NCBI GenBank assembly: GCA_028876365.1
Contig: JAGWRZ010000019.1
Location: forward strand, 1-59,563
From: Acidobacteriota bacterium
Lineage (GTDB): Bacteria; Actinomycetota; Thermoleophilia; Gaiellales; Gaiellaceae
Length of the DNA stretch: 59,563 bases
Direction of reading: 5' to 3'
Part shown: piece after piece, positions 35,460-45,980 of the stretch
Numbering within the stretch: position 1 is the first letter of the stretch
Layout of the letters: the number at the start of each line of letters is the position of its first letter
The notes under the pieces: model-generated
Seen by the model: the letters and a program-made list of their open reading frames with translations, nothing else
The model's database searches: none
What the model was told of the DNA's origin: nothing
Made by a program: the position numbers and the translations under genes

Positions 35460-36866
35460 ATGGCAACCACGATGTCTCCGGGAGCGCTCGAAGCGGACGC
35501 GCTCGAGCAGCTCCGCGGCGAGTTTCGGGGCGAGATCGTCGAGCCCACGGACGACGGCTACGACGATCTCCGCGGCGTCTTCAACGGCATGTTCGACAAG
35601 CGGCCCCGCGTCATCCTCCGTCCGGCGGGCGCCGCCGACGTCATCCGCGGGATCGGGCTCGCCCGGACGAGCGGGCTCCCGCTCGCAGTGCGAAGCGGCG
35701 GGCACTCGGTCGCCGGATTCTCGTCGGTGGACGGTGGGATCGTCCTCGACCTTCGCCTGCTGAAAGCCGTCCGTGTCGACCCGAACGGGAAGACGGTCCG
35801 CGCGCAGGGCGGCGTCAACTGGGGAGAGCTCGATCACGAGACGCAGGCGTTCGGCCTCGCGGTCACGGGAGGGCGCGTGACGACGACCGGCGTCGTCGGC
35901 TTCACGACCGGCACGGGCAGCGGCTGGCTCGAGCGCAAGTTCGGCTTCGCCGCCGACAACGTCATCGGTGCGGACGTCGTCACCGCCGACGGGCAGATCG
36001 TGCACGCCTCCGAGACGGAGAACGAGGAGCTCCTCTGGGGGCTCAAGGGCGGCGGCGGCAACTTCGGCGTCGTCACCGAGATCGAGTTCACGCTCGGCGC
36101 GCTGTCCCCGATCGTCTACGGAGGCCTCGCGGCGTTCCATCCCGGCAAGGCGGCCGAGCTCGCGCGCCTGTGGCGCGACCTCAGCCACGAGAACGACGAC
36201 ATCGGCTGGGCGATCGCGTCGATCACGGCTCCGCCGGCGCCGTTCGTGCCGGAAGAGTGGCACGGCAGGCGCGTGCCCGCCGTCGCGGGGATGATCGCGG
36301 GCCCCCACGACCAGGCGGAGAAGATCCTCGCGCCGTTCCGCGCCCTCGGCCCGATCGTCGATCTCTGGCAGCCGATGCCGTACACGATGGTGCAGGCCCT
36401 GCTCGACCCGGGCAACCCGTACGGCCGCCAGAACTACTGGCGCGCGCGCAACCTGACGGACCTGCCCGACGCCGCCATCGACGTGTGGCTCGAGGCGGCG
36501 GAGACGGCTCCCTCGCCGTTCACCGCCGTCATCATGCTGAACGGCGGCGGCGCGATCGGCAAGGTGGGCGAGGACGACACCGCGATCAGCGGCCGCACGT
36601 CGCCCTTCAACTTCCACCTGAACGGGATGTGGGAGGACCCGAACGCGACCGACGAGAACATCGCCTGGGTGAGACGCGTATCCGAAGCGCTCGCGCCGCA
36701 CGTCGCAGAAGGCATCTCGCTCAACTTCCAGACCGAGATCGCGGACGACGTGCTCAGGGAGAGCTTCGGGGCGAAGAAGGTCGAGCGCCTGCGCAAGCTC
36801 AAGGACCGCTACGACCCGACGAACGTCTTCCGGCTCAACCAGAACATCGCGCCCTCTGCGGGGTAG
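35460..36866 (+). CDS. FAD-binding (PCMH-type) oxidoreductase with a BBE-like C-terminus
   Basis: GGGAGG lies before the ATG. The sequence PRVILRPAGAADVIRGIGLARTSGLPLAVRSGGHSVAGFS is FAD_binding_4-type. The C-terminal DRYDPTNVFRLNQNI is BBE-type. Confidence 0.88.
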   Translation: MATTMSPGALEADALEQLRGEFRGEIVEPTDDGYDDLRGVFNGMFDKRPRVILRPAGAADVIRGIGLARTSGLPLAVRSGGHSVAGFSSVDGGIVLDLRLLKAVRVDPNGKTVRAQGGVNWGELDHETQAFGLAVTGGRVTTTGVVGFTTGTGSGWLERKFGFAADNVIGADVVTADGQIVHASETENEELLWGLKGGGGNFGVVTEIEFTLGALSPIVYGGLAAFHPGKAAELARLWRDLSHENDDIGWAIASITAPPAPFVPEEWHGRRVPAVAGMIAGPHDQAEKILAPFRALGPIVDLWQPMPYTMVQALLDPGNPYGRQNYWRARNLTDLPDAAIDVWLEAAETAPSPFTAVIMLNGGGAIGKVGEDDTAISGRTSPFNFHLNGMWEDPNATDENIAWVRRVSEALAPHVAEGISLNFQTEIADDVLRESFGAKKVERLRKLKDRYDPTNVFRLNQNIAPSAG

Positions 36867-36869
36867 CGG

Positions 36870-37982
36870 CTACGAGGGGGGCGGGGAGGCCGCCAGCCAC
36901 GCGAACAGCTCGAGGTTGGAGGCCTCCTCGCCGAGCCCGTCGGCGAGGGGCTTCCCCTGCCAGTTGTTCAGGTAGTAGCCGCTCTCGTTCAACGCATCGG
37001 ACTGCGCGCGCGCGGCGTTGTGCACGGCGAGGTCGTAGAAGCGCGTGTCGCCGCTCTCCTTGGAGTACTCGAGCATCCACTGGAGGTAGACGACGTCGTA
37101 CATCGGCGCCCAGTCGAGGTTCTGGCCGAACTGCGACAGGGACGCGTTCGCGACCTGCTGGGCCTTGGCGCAATACGACTGCTTCTTCAACGCCTTGCAG
37201 AGCTCCCAGTTCGCCGTCGCCATCAGGCCCTGGACGTAGTCCATGACCGTGTTGTCGGTCGCGCTGCGCTGATAGAGGCCCGCCGTCTGGTTGAAGGAGT
37301 GTGCGTTCGCCCAGGCCAGCAGCTTCTGCGCCCATCCGAGCGCCCAGGTGTCATGGTCGAGGGTGTACAGCCGCGTCCCGATCATCACCGCGGCCGCGAG
37401 CGGCTCGATCGTCTTGTGGTGGTGGAAGGTGTCCCACCAGGTGCCGCCTCCGAGCTTCGCATCCCAACCCGATCCGACGATGAAGCGCATCGCTCTTCTC
37501 GCGTCGGCGAGGTACGCCGGGTTGTGCGAGGCCTGATAGGCGTCGATGAACGAGAGGCCCCACCAGCCCGAGTCGTCGTAGTACACGTTCGCCTGGGCGC
37601 TTCGCATACCCGGGTAATAGCCATAGCCGCCGTACGGCTTGATGTTCGGGTTCCAGTACAGGGCCGCAGCCTTGTCCGCGAAATCGGTGAGCGCCTTCTT
37701 GTTCGCCGCCGTCGGCTGCGCGAGCTCGACGCCGACGAGCGTCTCGAACAGCGGGTACGCGCTCCACAGTCGCGCGAGCGGCATGGACGCCGGCTGCCCG
37801 GTGTACGTGTCGTTGTACCAGCCCGCGCTCGCATTCCACCAGTGGGCTTGCACGTCGGAAAGCCCCTGCTGGGCGAGCGAGAGGTAGTTCGTCGAGCGTG
37901 CCGAGCCGCCCGCGGGGATCGCGAGGACGACAGCGGCCGCGACGAGGAAAAGGGCGATTCCGGCCCGCACGACGGAATCCAT
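36870..37982 (-). CDS. secreted glycoside hydrolase family 76-like protein (putative alpha-1,6-mannanase)
   Basis: I prefer the ATG at 37980-37982, which gives a signal peptide (MDSVVRAGIALFLVAAAVVLAIPAGG). YYDDSGWWGLSFIDAY contains the adjacent Asp-Asp pair typical of GH76. The 110 upstream codons of the track ORF look like shadow. Confidence 0.72.
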   Translation of the reverse strand: MDSVVRAGIALFLVAAAVVLAIPAGGSARSTNYLSLAQQGLSDVQAHWWNASAGWYNDTYTGQPASMPLARLWSAYPLFETLVGVELAQPTAANKKALTDFADKAAALYWNPNIKPYGGYGYYPGMRSAQANVYYDDSGWWGLSFIDAYQASHNPAYLADARRAMRFIVGSGWDAKLGGGTWWDTFHHHKTIEPLAAAVMIGTRLYTLDHDTWALGWAQKLLAWANAHSFNQTAGLYQRSATDNTVMDYVQGLMATANWELCKALKKQSYCAKAQQVANASLSQFGQNLDWAPMYDVVYLQWMLEYSKESGDTRFYDLAVHNAARAQSDALNESGYYLNNWQGKPLADGLGEEASNLELFAWLAASPPPS

Positions 37983-38009
37983 ACCGATTCGGGGCCCCGT
38001 CGACACATC

Positions 38010-38027
38010 CCGGACGTAAAAGTCCGG
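38010..38027. promoter_or_regulatory. inverted repeat CCGGAC-N6-GTCCGG in the 70-bp divergent region
   Basis: Perfect 6-bp arms around GTAAAA, the most AT-rich spot of the intergenic region. Candidate operator only. Confidence 0.2.
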
Positions 38028-38052
38028 TAAGGAAGCGTTTGGCCGGGCTCGG

Positions 38053-39234
38053 TTGCGACTAGGAATGTCACGAGTGGCAACGCTGGAGCATGCCGGGTCC
38101 ATACCGCTCGGCCTCAGGCGCGCCGACGAGGCGTCGTCGACGAGGCTGCGCGCGCTCGCGTGGATCGCGGGCTGGTGGCTCCTCGGCAGGGGCGTGATCG
38201 TCCTGGCCGCCGTCGGCGTCCACACCTTCGGCCCCGCCGGCTGGATCAGGAGGGTCGAGCACTCGTCCGTCCTCGGCCCGCTCGAGGCGTGGGATACGCG
38301 CTGGTATCGCATGGTCGCCGGCAGCGGATACCTGCTCGTTCCGGGACGGCAGTCGGATCCCGCGTTCTTTCCGCTCTTCCCGGTGCTGATGCGCGGCCTG
38401 CACGCGGCCGGGCTCGGCTATTCGACATCGGGCCTCGTCATCGCGAACGCAGCGTTCTTCGTCGCGCTCGCCGCGTTCTACGCGTTGACGAAGGCGATGC
38501 TCGGCGACTCCATGGCGCGACGCTCCGTCGCCTATCTCGCGGTCTTCCCGTTCGGCTTCGCGTTCTCGATGGTCTACCCCGAGAGCATCGTCCTCGCGCT
38601 CATCGCGCTCGCCGCGCTCGCGGCCATCCGGGGCCGCTGGGGATGGGCCGCCGCGTGCGCGGGCGCCGCGGCGCTCGCGCGCCCGGAGGGGCTGTTCGTC
38701 GCGCTTCCGCTCGCCGTGCTCGCATGGGAGCAGCGGCACGCGCTCTCGCCGCGCGCACGCGGTGTCGCGATCGGCGCGGTACTCGCGCCCGTCGCCGCGA
38801 TCGGCTCGTTCTCGCTGTATCTCTGGCAGGTGCTCGGCAACCCGATGGCGTGGTCGCAGTCCCAGCGCGCCTGGGGGCGCGAGCTCTCGCCGTTCGGGCT
38901 CGTGAACGCGATCGGGGGGCTCGGCCGCGCGTTCGCACACGATGCATGGGTCACGCGCGATGTCGCCGCCGTCGTCGTCTATCTCGTCCTCCTCGCGGCC
39001 GCGGCGCGCGCAGGCGTGTCGTGGCCCTGGCTCCTGTCCGGCCTCGCGATCGTCGTTCTGCCCCTCTTCACGGGCTCGTTCGACTCGATCGACCGTTTCG
39101 GGCTGCTCGCGCCGGCCGCGTTCTGGGGGCTGGCCGCCCTCGGCCGGGATCCGCGTGTGAACCGGCTCATCCTCGGCCTATCGGTTCCATTGCTCGCGGC
39201 TGCGATCGTGGTGCTGCCGCTCCGGTTCCCGTGA
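38053..39234 (+). CDS. polytopic membrane protein resembling PIG-V/GPI-mannosyltransferase-2-type glycosyltransferases
   Basis: TTG start at 38053, with an alternative ATG at 38065. The motif region is LEAWDTRWYRMVAGSGY...DPAFFPLFPVLMR, followed by many TM helices. The family call is from memory. Confidence 0.68.
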   Translation: MRLGMSRVATLEHAGSIPLGLRRADEASSTRLRALAWIAGWWLLGRGVIVLAAVGVHTFGPAGWIRRVEHSSVLGPLEAWDTRWYRMVAGSGYLLVPGRQSDPAFFPLFPVLMRGLHAAGLGYSTSGLVIANAAFFVALAAFYALTKAMLGDSMARRSVAYLAVFPFGFAFSMVYPESIVLALIALAALAAIRGRWGWAAACAGAAALARPEGLFVALPLAVLAWEQRHALSPRARGVAIGAVLAPVAAIGSFSLYLWQVLGNPMAWSQSQRAWGRELSPFGLVNAIGGLGRAFAHDAWVTRDVAAVVVYLVLLAAAARAGVSWPWLLSGLAIVVLPLFTGSFDSIDRFGLLAPAAFWGLAALGRDPRVNRLILGLSVPLLAAAIVVLPLRFP

Positions 39235-39241
39235 GCGCGAG

Positions 39242-39880
39242 GTGAGCCGCGAGCCGGACGAACGCCGCTTCGCCTCCGGGTGGGTCACGCTCGGCGTCGC
39301 CGGTGCGGTCGTCGCGGCCGTTCTCGGCGCCGGCGTCCTCGTCCAGCGGGCTGCTCTGCCGTCGCCGAGCGCAGCGACCCTCGCCGGGCTTCATGCCGGC
39401 GTCTGGCTCGAGCGGTACCGGCTGGTCGACAGCACGATCACCCTCGACGGCAGCGTCGTCCGCGGCCGGTGCCTCCAGGACTGGTTCGTGTCGGGGGGCC
39501 AACGCCGGCGGGGCGCCGTCCTTCGGCTCGACGACGGCTACGTCCTCCTCGCCGTTCCGCCGCACACGCTGACGGCGACCGGCGGTGCACCGGCCATCCG
39601 GTCGGTCTCGCCGCTCGTGCTGATGGAGCTCGCAGGCTGCCCACGCGTCCTCGCACGGCGACTCCAGACGCTCGCCCAGCAGCATCGCGGACTGACGCTG
39701 CGCGGTGACACCCTGACCTTCCGGCTCAAGGCCACGCGGGTCACCTTGACGCTCGATCCGCAAACTCATGCGCCCACCGGGGTCGAGCTGGTTGCACGAG
39801 GCACGCACGGCGTCAGCCAGATACGGTTCACGCCCGTGACAACACGCCTGCGCGAGCTACTCAGCGTTTCCCACGGGTAA
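39242..39880 (+). CDS. hypothetical membrane-anchored protein
   Basis: GTG start 7 nt after the previous stop. GC3 stays high throughout. One N-terminal TM helix is present (WVTLGVAGAVVAAVLGAGVLV). I recognise no domain. Confidence 0.6.
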   Translation: MSREPDERRFASGWVTLGVAGAVVAAVLGAGVLVQRAALPSPSAATLAGLHAGVWLERYRLVDSTITLDGSVVRGRCLQDWFVSGGQRRRGAVLRLDDGYVLLAVPPHTLTATGGAPAIRSVSPLVLMELAGCPRVLARRLQTLAQQHRGLTLRGDTLTFRLKATRVTLTLDPQTHAPTGVELVARGTHGVSQIRFTPVTTRLRELLSVSHG

Positions 39881-39901
39881 CCCGGCGGAAAGGGTCTCTC
39901 G

Positions 39902-40873
39902 ATGAGCGCCGTCCGAGAGCAGGAAGAGCTCCAGCGGGAGGGTGCCGACGCCTTCGTTCAGCTCGAGATCGTCGGCCGCACGCCGTGGCAGCTCTTCTGG
40001 GCTCGTTTCAAGCGTGACAAGATCGCGATCCTCGCGCTCGGCTTCATCGTCTTGCTCGTCCTCTGCGCGATCTTCGCCGGGCCGCTCTCCTCTGCGTTCG
40101 GCCACCCGCCGAATGCGCAGTATCCGAACAAGCTCGACGCCTTCGGCACCCCGACCGGCCCGTCGTCGAGCTTCCTCTTCGGTGTCGACCAGCTCGGCCG
40201 CGACGTCTTCTCGCGGGTGCTCTACGGGGCACAGGTCTCGCTCGAGGTCGCCCTCATCGCGACCGTGCTCTCGGTCGCGATCGGCGTCGTGCTCGGCATG
40301 GTCGCGGGCTACTACCGCGGCTGGGTGGACACGATCATCTCGCGCTTCATCGACATCACCCTGGCCTTCCCGATCCTGTTGCTCGCGCTCGGGATCGCGT
40401 CCGCATGCTCTCTCGGCAACGGCTGCGTCGCGGGTCTCGTGCATCCGGGTCTCGGGACGGTGATCGTCGCGATCGTCGTCATCAACTGGACGTACATCGG
40501 CCGCATCATCCGCGGTCAGGTGCTCTCCTTGCGCGAGAAGGAGTTCATCGAGGCGGCCCGGGCGAGCGGCGCACGGGCGCGCACCATCATCTTTCGCGAG
40601 ATCCTTCCTAACCTAGTGGCCCCGATCATCGTCTACTCGACGTTGATCATTCCGCAGAACATCCTGCTCGAAGCGGCGCTGTCGTACCTCGGCGTCGGGA
40701 TCACCCCGCCCCGCGCGAGCTGGGGGCAGATGCTCTCGGATGCGACCCCGATCTACAACACTGCGTGGTGGTACTTCGCCTTCCCCGGAGGCGCACTGCT
40801 CTTGACGGTGCTGGCATTCAACCTTCTGGGCGACGGTGTCCGCGACGCCCTCGATCCTCGAACAACCACATGA
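39902..40873 (+). CDS. peptide/nickel-type ABC permease (OppC/DppC-like)
   Basis: 323 aa. The BPD_transp_1 core is YYRGWVDTIISRFIDITLAFPILLLALGI...EFIEAARASGA. Confidence 0.9.
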   Translation: MSAVREQEELQREGADAFVQLEIVGRTPWQLFWARFKRDKIAILALGFIVLLVLCAIFAGPLSSAFGHPPNAQYPNKLDAFGTPTGPSSSFLFGVDQLGRDVFSRVLYGAQVSLEVALIATVLSVAIGVVLGMVAGYYRGWVDTIISRFIDITLAFPILLLALGIASACSLGNGCVAGLVHPGLGTVIVAIVVINWTYIGRIIRGQVLSLREKEFIEAARASGARARTIIFREILPNLVAPIIVYSTLIIPQNILLEAALSYLGVGITPPRASWGQMLSDATPIYNTAWWYFAFPGGALLLTVLAFNLLGDGVRDALDPRTTT

Positions 40874-40883
40874 AGGAGGGTGC

Positions 40884-42653
40884 ATGAGACGGCGAACCGC
40901 TGTCATCGCCGGTCTGGCCGGCGCGCTCGCCCTTGTCGCCGCCGGCTGCGGCGGAGGGGGACACAGCAACGCAACAGGTGGGGTGCAGGGCGCCAGTCAT
41001 ACGCTGGTGACCTCGGGCGCCAAGAAGGGCGGCACGATCACCGTCCTCTCCGAGGGCGACATCGATCACCTCGATCCCGGCGCCGCCTACTACCAGTTCA
41101 CGTACGCGATCACGTACGTGACGCAACGTCCGCTGCTCGCATACAAGCCGAACAGCATTCAGCCGGTGCCGGATCTGGCGGCGAGCATGCCGACGGTCTC
41201 CAACGGCGGGAAGACGATCACCGTGCACATCAAGCACGGGATCAAGTTCAGCCCGCCCGTCAACCGCGAGGTCACTTCGGCCGACGTCAAGTACGCGATC
41301 GAGCGCGGCTTCGACGCCGCGGTCGGCAACGGCTATGCGACCGCGTACTTCGGGGTCATCAAGGGCGCTCCGACGAAGATCGGGAACACGGTCCCGAACA
41401 TCGCGGGGATCCAGACGCCGAACAAGTACACGGTCGTGTTCCAGCTCTCGAAGCCGAGCGGCATCTTCGTCTCGGCCCTGCAGGAGCCGCTGACGGCGCC
41501 GGTGCCGGCCGACTACGCCCGCAAGTTCGACAAGGGAACGCAGTCGTCATACGGCAACCATCAGGTCGCGACCGGCCCGTACATGGTCCAGAACAACGCG
41601 CAGGGCGTGATCACGGGCTACTCGCCCGGCAAGTCGATCGTCCTCGTCCGCAATCCCAACTTCAACCCGAAGACGGACTGGCGGCCGGCGTACGCCGACA
41701 AGATCGTCTTCAAGGAGGGCTTCGACCCGTCGGTCGCGACGAGGCAGATCCTCGCCGGCCAAGGCGACGTCAACGGTGACTTCCCGCCGCCGCCCGCCGA
41801 GTTGAAGTCGATTCTGTCCAACTCGAGCCAGAAGAGCGAGCTCGAGTTCACGCCGGCGGCGGGCAACAGGTTCGTCGCGCTCAACACGGCGAAGCCGCCG
41901 TTCAACAACAAGTACGTTCGAATGGCGGTCGCGTACGTCCTCGACAAGAACGCCATGCGCCTCACGCGCGGTGGCCCGATCGACGGCAAGATCGCCACGC
42001 ACTTCATCGATCCGAGCTTCGGGAGCCAGGGCTTCAACCAGGCCGGCGGCTTCACCTTCGACCCGTTCCCGAGCGCGAACAACTCGGGTGACGTGGCGAA
42101 GGCCGAGGCGATGCTGAAGAAGGCGGGCTACAAGAGCGGCAAGTTCACCGGCCCGCAGGTGACGATGGTCGCCGACAACTCGCCTCCGGGCTCGAATACG
42201 GCCCAGGTGGTGGCGAACAGCCTGGAGAAGGTCGGCTTCAAGGTGAAGACGATCTCCGTCCAGCACTCGGCGATGTACACCCGCTTCTGCGGTGTGCCGA
42301 AGAACACGCCGAACATCTGCCCGAACGTCGGATGGCTCGCGGACTTCCACGAGCCGCAGGCGGATCTCGACGCGAACTTCAACGGGAAGAACATCCTCCC
42401 GGCCAACAACGTCAACTGGTCGTTGCTCAACGATCCGACGATCAACGCCCTGATGGCGAAGGCCGAGGTCGAGCTCAACCCGGAGAAGCGCTGGGCCGAC
42501 TGGGGGCACATCGACGACCTGATCACGGAGTCCGCTGCGGCGATCCCGTGGATCTGGGAGGACAGCCCGACGCTGTACTCGACGAAGGTGACGCACGCGT
42601 CCGAGCTCTGGAACGGCGGCGAGCCGGATGTGTCGTTCATGTCGGTGAAGTAA
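40884..42653 (+). CDS. ABC substrate-binding lipoprotein, family 5 (peptide/nickel)
   Basis: GAAGGAGGG lies before the ATG at 40884. A lipobox is present (LALVAAGC). The sequence GGTITVLSEGDIDHLDPGAAYY is typical of SBP family 5. Confidence 0.9.
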   Translation: MRRRTAVIAGLAGALALVAAGCGGGGHSNATGGVQGASHTLVTSGAKKGGTITVLSEGDIDHLDPGAAYYQFTYAITYVTQRPLLAYKPNSIQPVPDLAASMPTVSNGGKTITVHIKHGIKFSPPVNREVTSADVKYAIERGFDAAVGNGYATAYFGVIKGAPTKIGNTVPNIAGIQTPNKYTVVFQLSKPSGIFVSALQEPLTAPVPADYARKFDKGTQSSYGNHQVATGPYMVQNNAQGVITGYSPGKSIVLVRNPNFNPKTDWRPAYADKIVFKEGFDPSVATRQILAGQGDVNGDFPPPPAELKSILSNSSQKSELEFTPAAGNRFVALNTAKPPFNNKYVRMAVAYVLDKNAMRLTRGGPIDGKIATHFIDPSFGSQGFNQAGGFTFDPFPSANNSGDVAKAEAMLKKAGYKSGKFTGPQVTMVADNSPPGSNTAQVVANSLEKVGFKVKTISVQHSAMYTRFCGVPKNTPNICPNVGWLADFHEPQADLDANFNGKNILPANNVNWSLLNDPTINALMAKAEVELNPEKRWADWGHIDDLITESAAAIPWIWEDSPTLYSTKVTHASELWNGGEPDVSFMSVK

Positions 42654-42690
42654 GGAGATGACGAACGCGAGCAGGAGCGGGAGAACCTAA

Positions 42691-43652
42691 GTGGGCGCCT
42701 ATATCGTCAGGCGCTTCCTCTGGGCGATCCTGCTCCTGCTCGTCGTCAGCTTCCTGACGTTCGTCATCTTCGACGTCTTCCCGTCCGCCGATCCGGCGGT
42801 GTTGCGGGCGGGACGAAACGCGACGCCGGCGCTCATTCACCAGATCCGCATCAACCTGGGCCTGAACAAGCCGTTCTACATCCAGTACTGGAGATACCTC
42901 AAGGGCCTCGCCCTGCACTTCGACCTCGGGTACTCGTACTACAACAGCGAATCGGTGCGGTCGGAGATCTTCTCGCGGCTGCCGGCGACGATATCGCTGA
43001 CGGTCGGCGCGTTCATCGTGTGGATGCTCATCGGGCTTCCGGTCGGCATCGTCTCGGCCATTCGCCCGCGGACGCTCCTCGACCGGACGCTGATGGGCGG
43101 CGCGCTCGTCGCCATCTCCGCGCCGGTGTACTTCATCGGGCTCCTCGCGCTCTTCCTGTTCGCGAACGGGACGGGTCTCGTGAACTGGTTCGACGGAGCC
43201 GGAAGCTATGTGCCGATCTCGCAGAGCCCGGCGACATGGTTCGGCTCGCTCATCCTGCCGTGGTTCACGCTCGCAGCCGCATTCGCCGCCTTCTACGCCC
43301 GAATGACCCGCGGCAATCTCATCGACACGATGGGTGAGGATTACATCCGGACGGCGCGGGCGAAGGGCCTGCGTGAGTCGCTCGTCATCGGAAAGCACGG
43401 TCTGCGGGCGGCGTTGACGCCGATCGTGACGATGGCGGGGATGGATGTCGGCCTGCTCCTCGGCGGCGCGATCCTCACCGAGACGGTCTTCAACATCCCC
43501 GGCGTCGGTCGCTACGCGTACGAGGCGATCACGAACTCGGATCTGCCGGCGATCCAGGGCACCGTCCTCTTCGGCGCGTTCTTCATCGTCTTCGCGAACC
43601 TCGTCGTGGACATCCTCTACGCATTCCTCGACCCGAGAGTCACGTACGGCTG

Positions 43653-43653
<1 letters not shown>
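42691..43653 (+). CDS. peptide/nickel-type ABC permease (OppB/DppB-like)
   Basis: GTG start. The sequence reads YIVRRFLWAILLLLVVSFLTFVIF...DYIRTARAKGL. Confidence 0.9.
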
Positions 43654-44669
<1,016 letters not shown>

Positions 44670-45716
44670 ACGAGAGCCTTCTCGTCGTCCGCGACCTCGT
44701 CAAGCACTTCCCCATCCGGAAGGGCGTGCTCCAGCGGGAGGTCGCCCGTGTGCACGCCGTGGACGGGATCGAGTTCGACGTGCGCCGCGGGGAGACGTTC
44801 GGGCTCGTCGGCGAGAGCGGCTGCGGCAAGTCGACGACGGCGCGCCTGATCACGCGGCTGCTCGCGCCGACGAGCGGCTCGATCGTCTACGACGGCAAGG
44901 ACATCAGCTCGTGGACCGAGCGCCGGCTTCGCCCGCTCCGCCGCGACGTGCAGATGATCTTCCAGGATCCGTACGCCTCGCTGAATCCCCGCCGCTCGAT
45001 CGGGACGATCATCGGCGAGCCTCTGCGGCTTCTCGGTGTGTCCGATCGCAGCGCGCGCCGCGTGCGCGTGCGCGAGGTGATGGAGCGCGTCGGCCTCAAT
45101 CCCGAGCACTACAACCGCTATCCGCACGAGTTCTCGGGAGGCCAGCGCCAGCGCATCGGAATCGCGCGGGCGATCGTCCTCGAGCCGAAGCTCATCGTCG
45201 CCGACGAGCCGGTGTCGGCGCTCGACGTCTCCATTCAGGCGCAGGTGCTGAATCTGCTCCAGGAGCTGCGTGACGAGATGGGCTTGACGCTCGTCTTCAT
45301 CGCTCACGATCTCTCGGTCGTCCGGCACATGTGCGACCGGATCGCCGTCATGTACCTCGGCAAGATCGTCGAGCTCGCCACGGGCGATCGGCTGTACGCG
45401 CACCCACGCCATCCGTACACAGGGGCGCTCATGTCGGCGGTGCCCGTGCCGAAGTCGGCCGCCGGTCGCGGGCGGCGGCGCGTCGTCCTCGCGGGCGATG
45501 TTCCGAGCCCCGTCTCGCCTCCGCCCGCGTGCCGCTTCCACACGCGCTGCTGGAAGGCGCAGCAGATCTGCCGCGAGGAGGAGCCGCCGCTCGAGTCGAA
45601 AGGCGAGCAGGACGTCGCCGCCTGCCACTTCCCCCTCTCCGAGGGCGAGGTCGACGCTCTCACGCGGCCGTCGACCGAGTGACCGTCCGCGGCGCGTCCG
45701 CGGGTCCGGCAGCGAT

Positions 45717-45980
45717 CTAGCCGCCGCTGATGGCGGCGATCACGTCGACACGAGAGCGCGCATCGAGCGGAGTCCCGAGGCTTGCGCGCTCCCGGTCGAC
45801 ATACACGTGAATGTGCGTTCGCAGGTGCGGGCCCGGCTCGCACAGGCGGTCGCGCATGCCGGGCCACCGGCTTTCGAGCTCGTCGATGACGGCCTGGACG
45901 CTGCCCGCGTCGACGTCGATCCGCCGGGAGAGCCCGGGGAACAAGGGCGTCAGCGTCCCGGGAAGGTGCACGTCCGCCAT
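45717..45980 (-). CDS. MoaD/ThiS-like beta-grasp protein with C-terminal Gly-Gly
   Basis: 87 aa ending ...DVIAAISGG. The size and diglycine terminus match sulfur-carrier/ubiquitin-like proteins. The ATG overlaps the stop of the upstream propeller gene. Confidence 0.72.
   Translation of the reverse strand: MADVHLPGTLTPLFPGLSRRIDVDAGSVQAVIDELESRWPGMRDRLCEPGPHLRTHIHVYVDRERASLGTPLDARSRVDVIAAISGG

Noticed and set aside
32915-35548. 877-aa minus-strand ORF, the longest ORF in the track
   Set aside because: It is Arg/Pro/Ala/Gly-rich and low-complexity. It lies out of frame over a well-supported aminotransferase (same strand) and antisense to the aldo/keto reductase. This is a typical high-GC shadow ORF with no recognisable motif.
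37983-38312. 110-codon N-terminal extension of the GH76-like ORF
   Set aside because: It would bury the obvious signal peptide internally and overlap the divergent glycosyltransferase gene. The internal ATG at 37980-37982 gives a canonical secreted protein.
45683-45716. Tandem CGTCCGCGG repeats between the oppF-like and MoaD-like genes as a repeat array
   Set aside because: There are only two 9-mers within 34 bp, and they are self-complementary (CCGCGG). At most this is a weak bidirectional hairpin, not a CRISPR or other repeat array.
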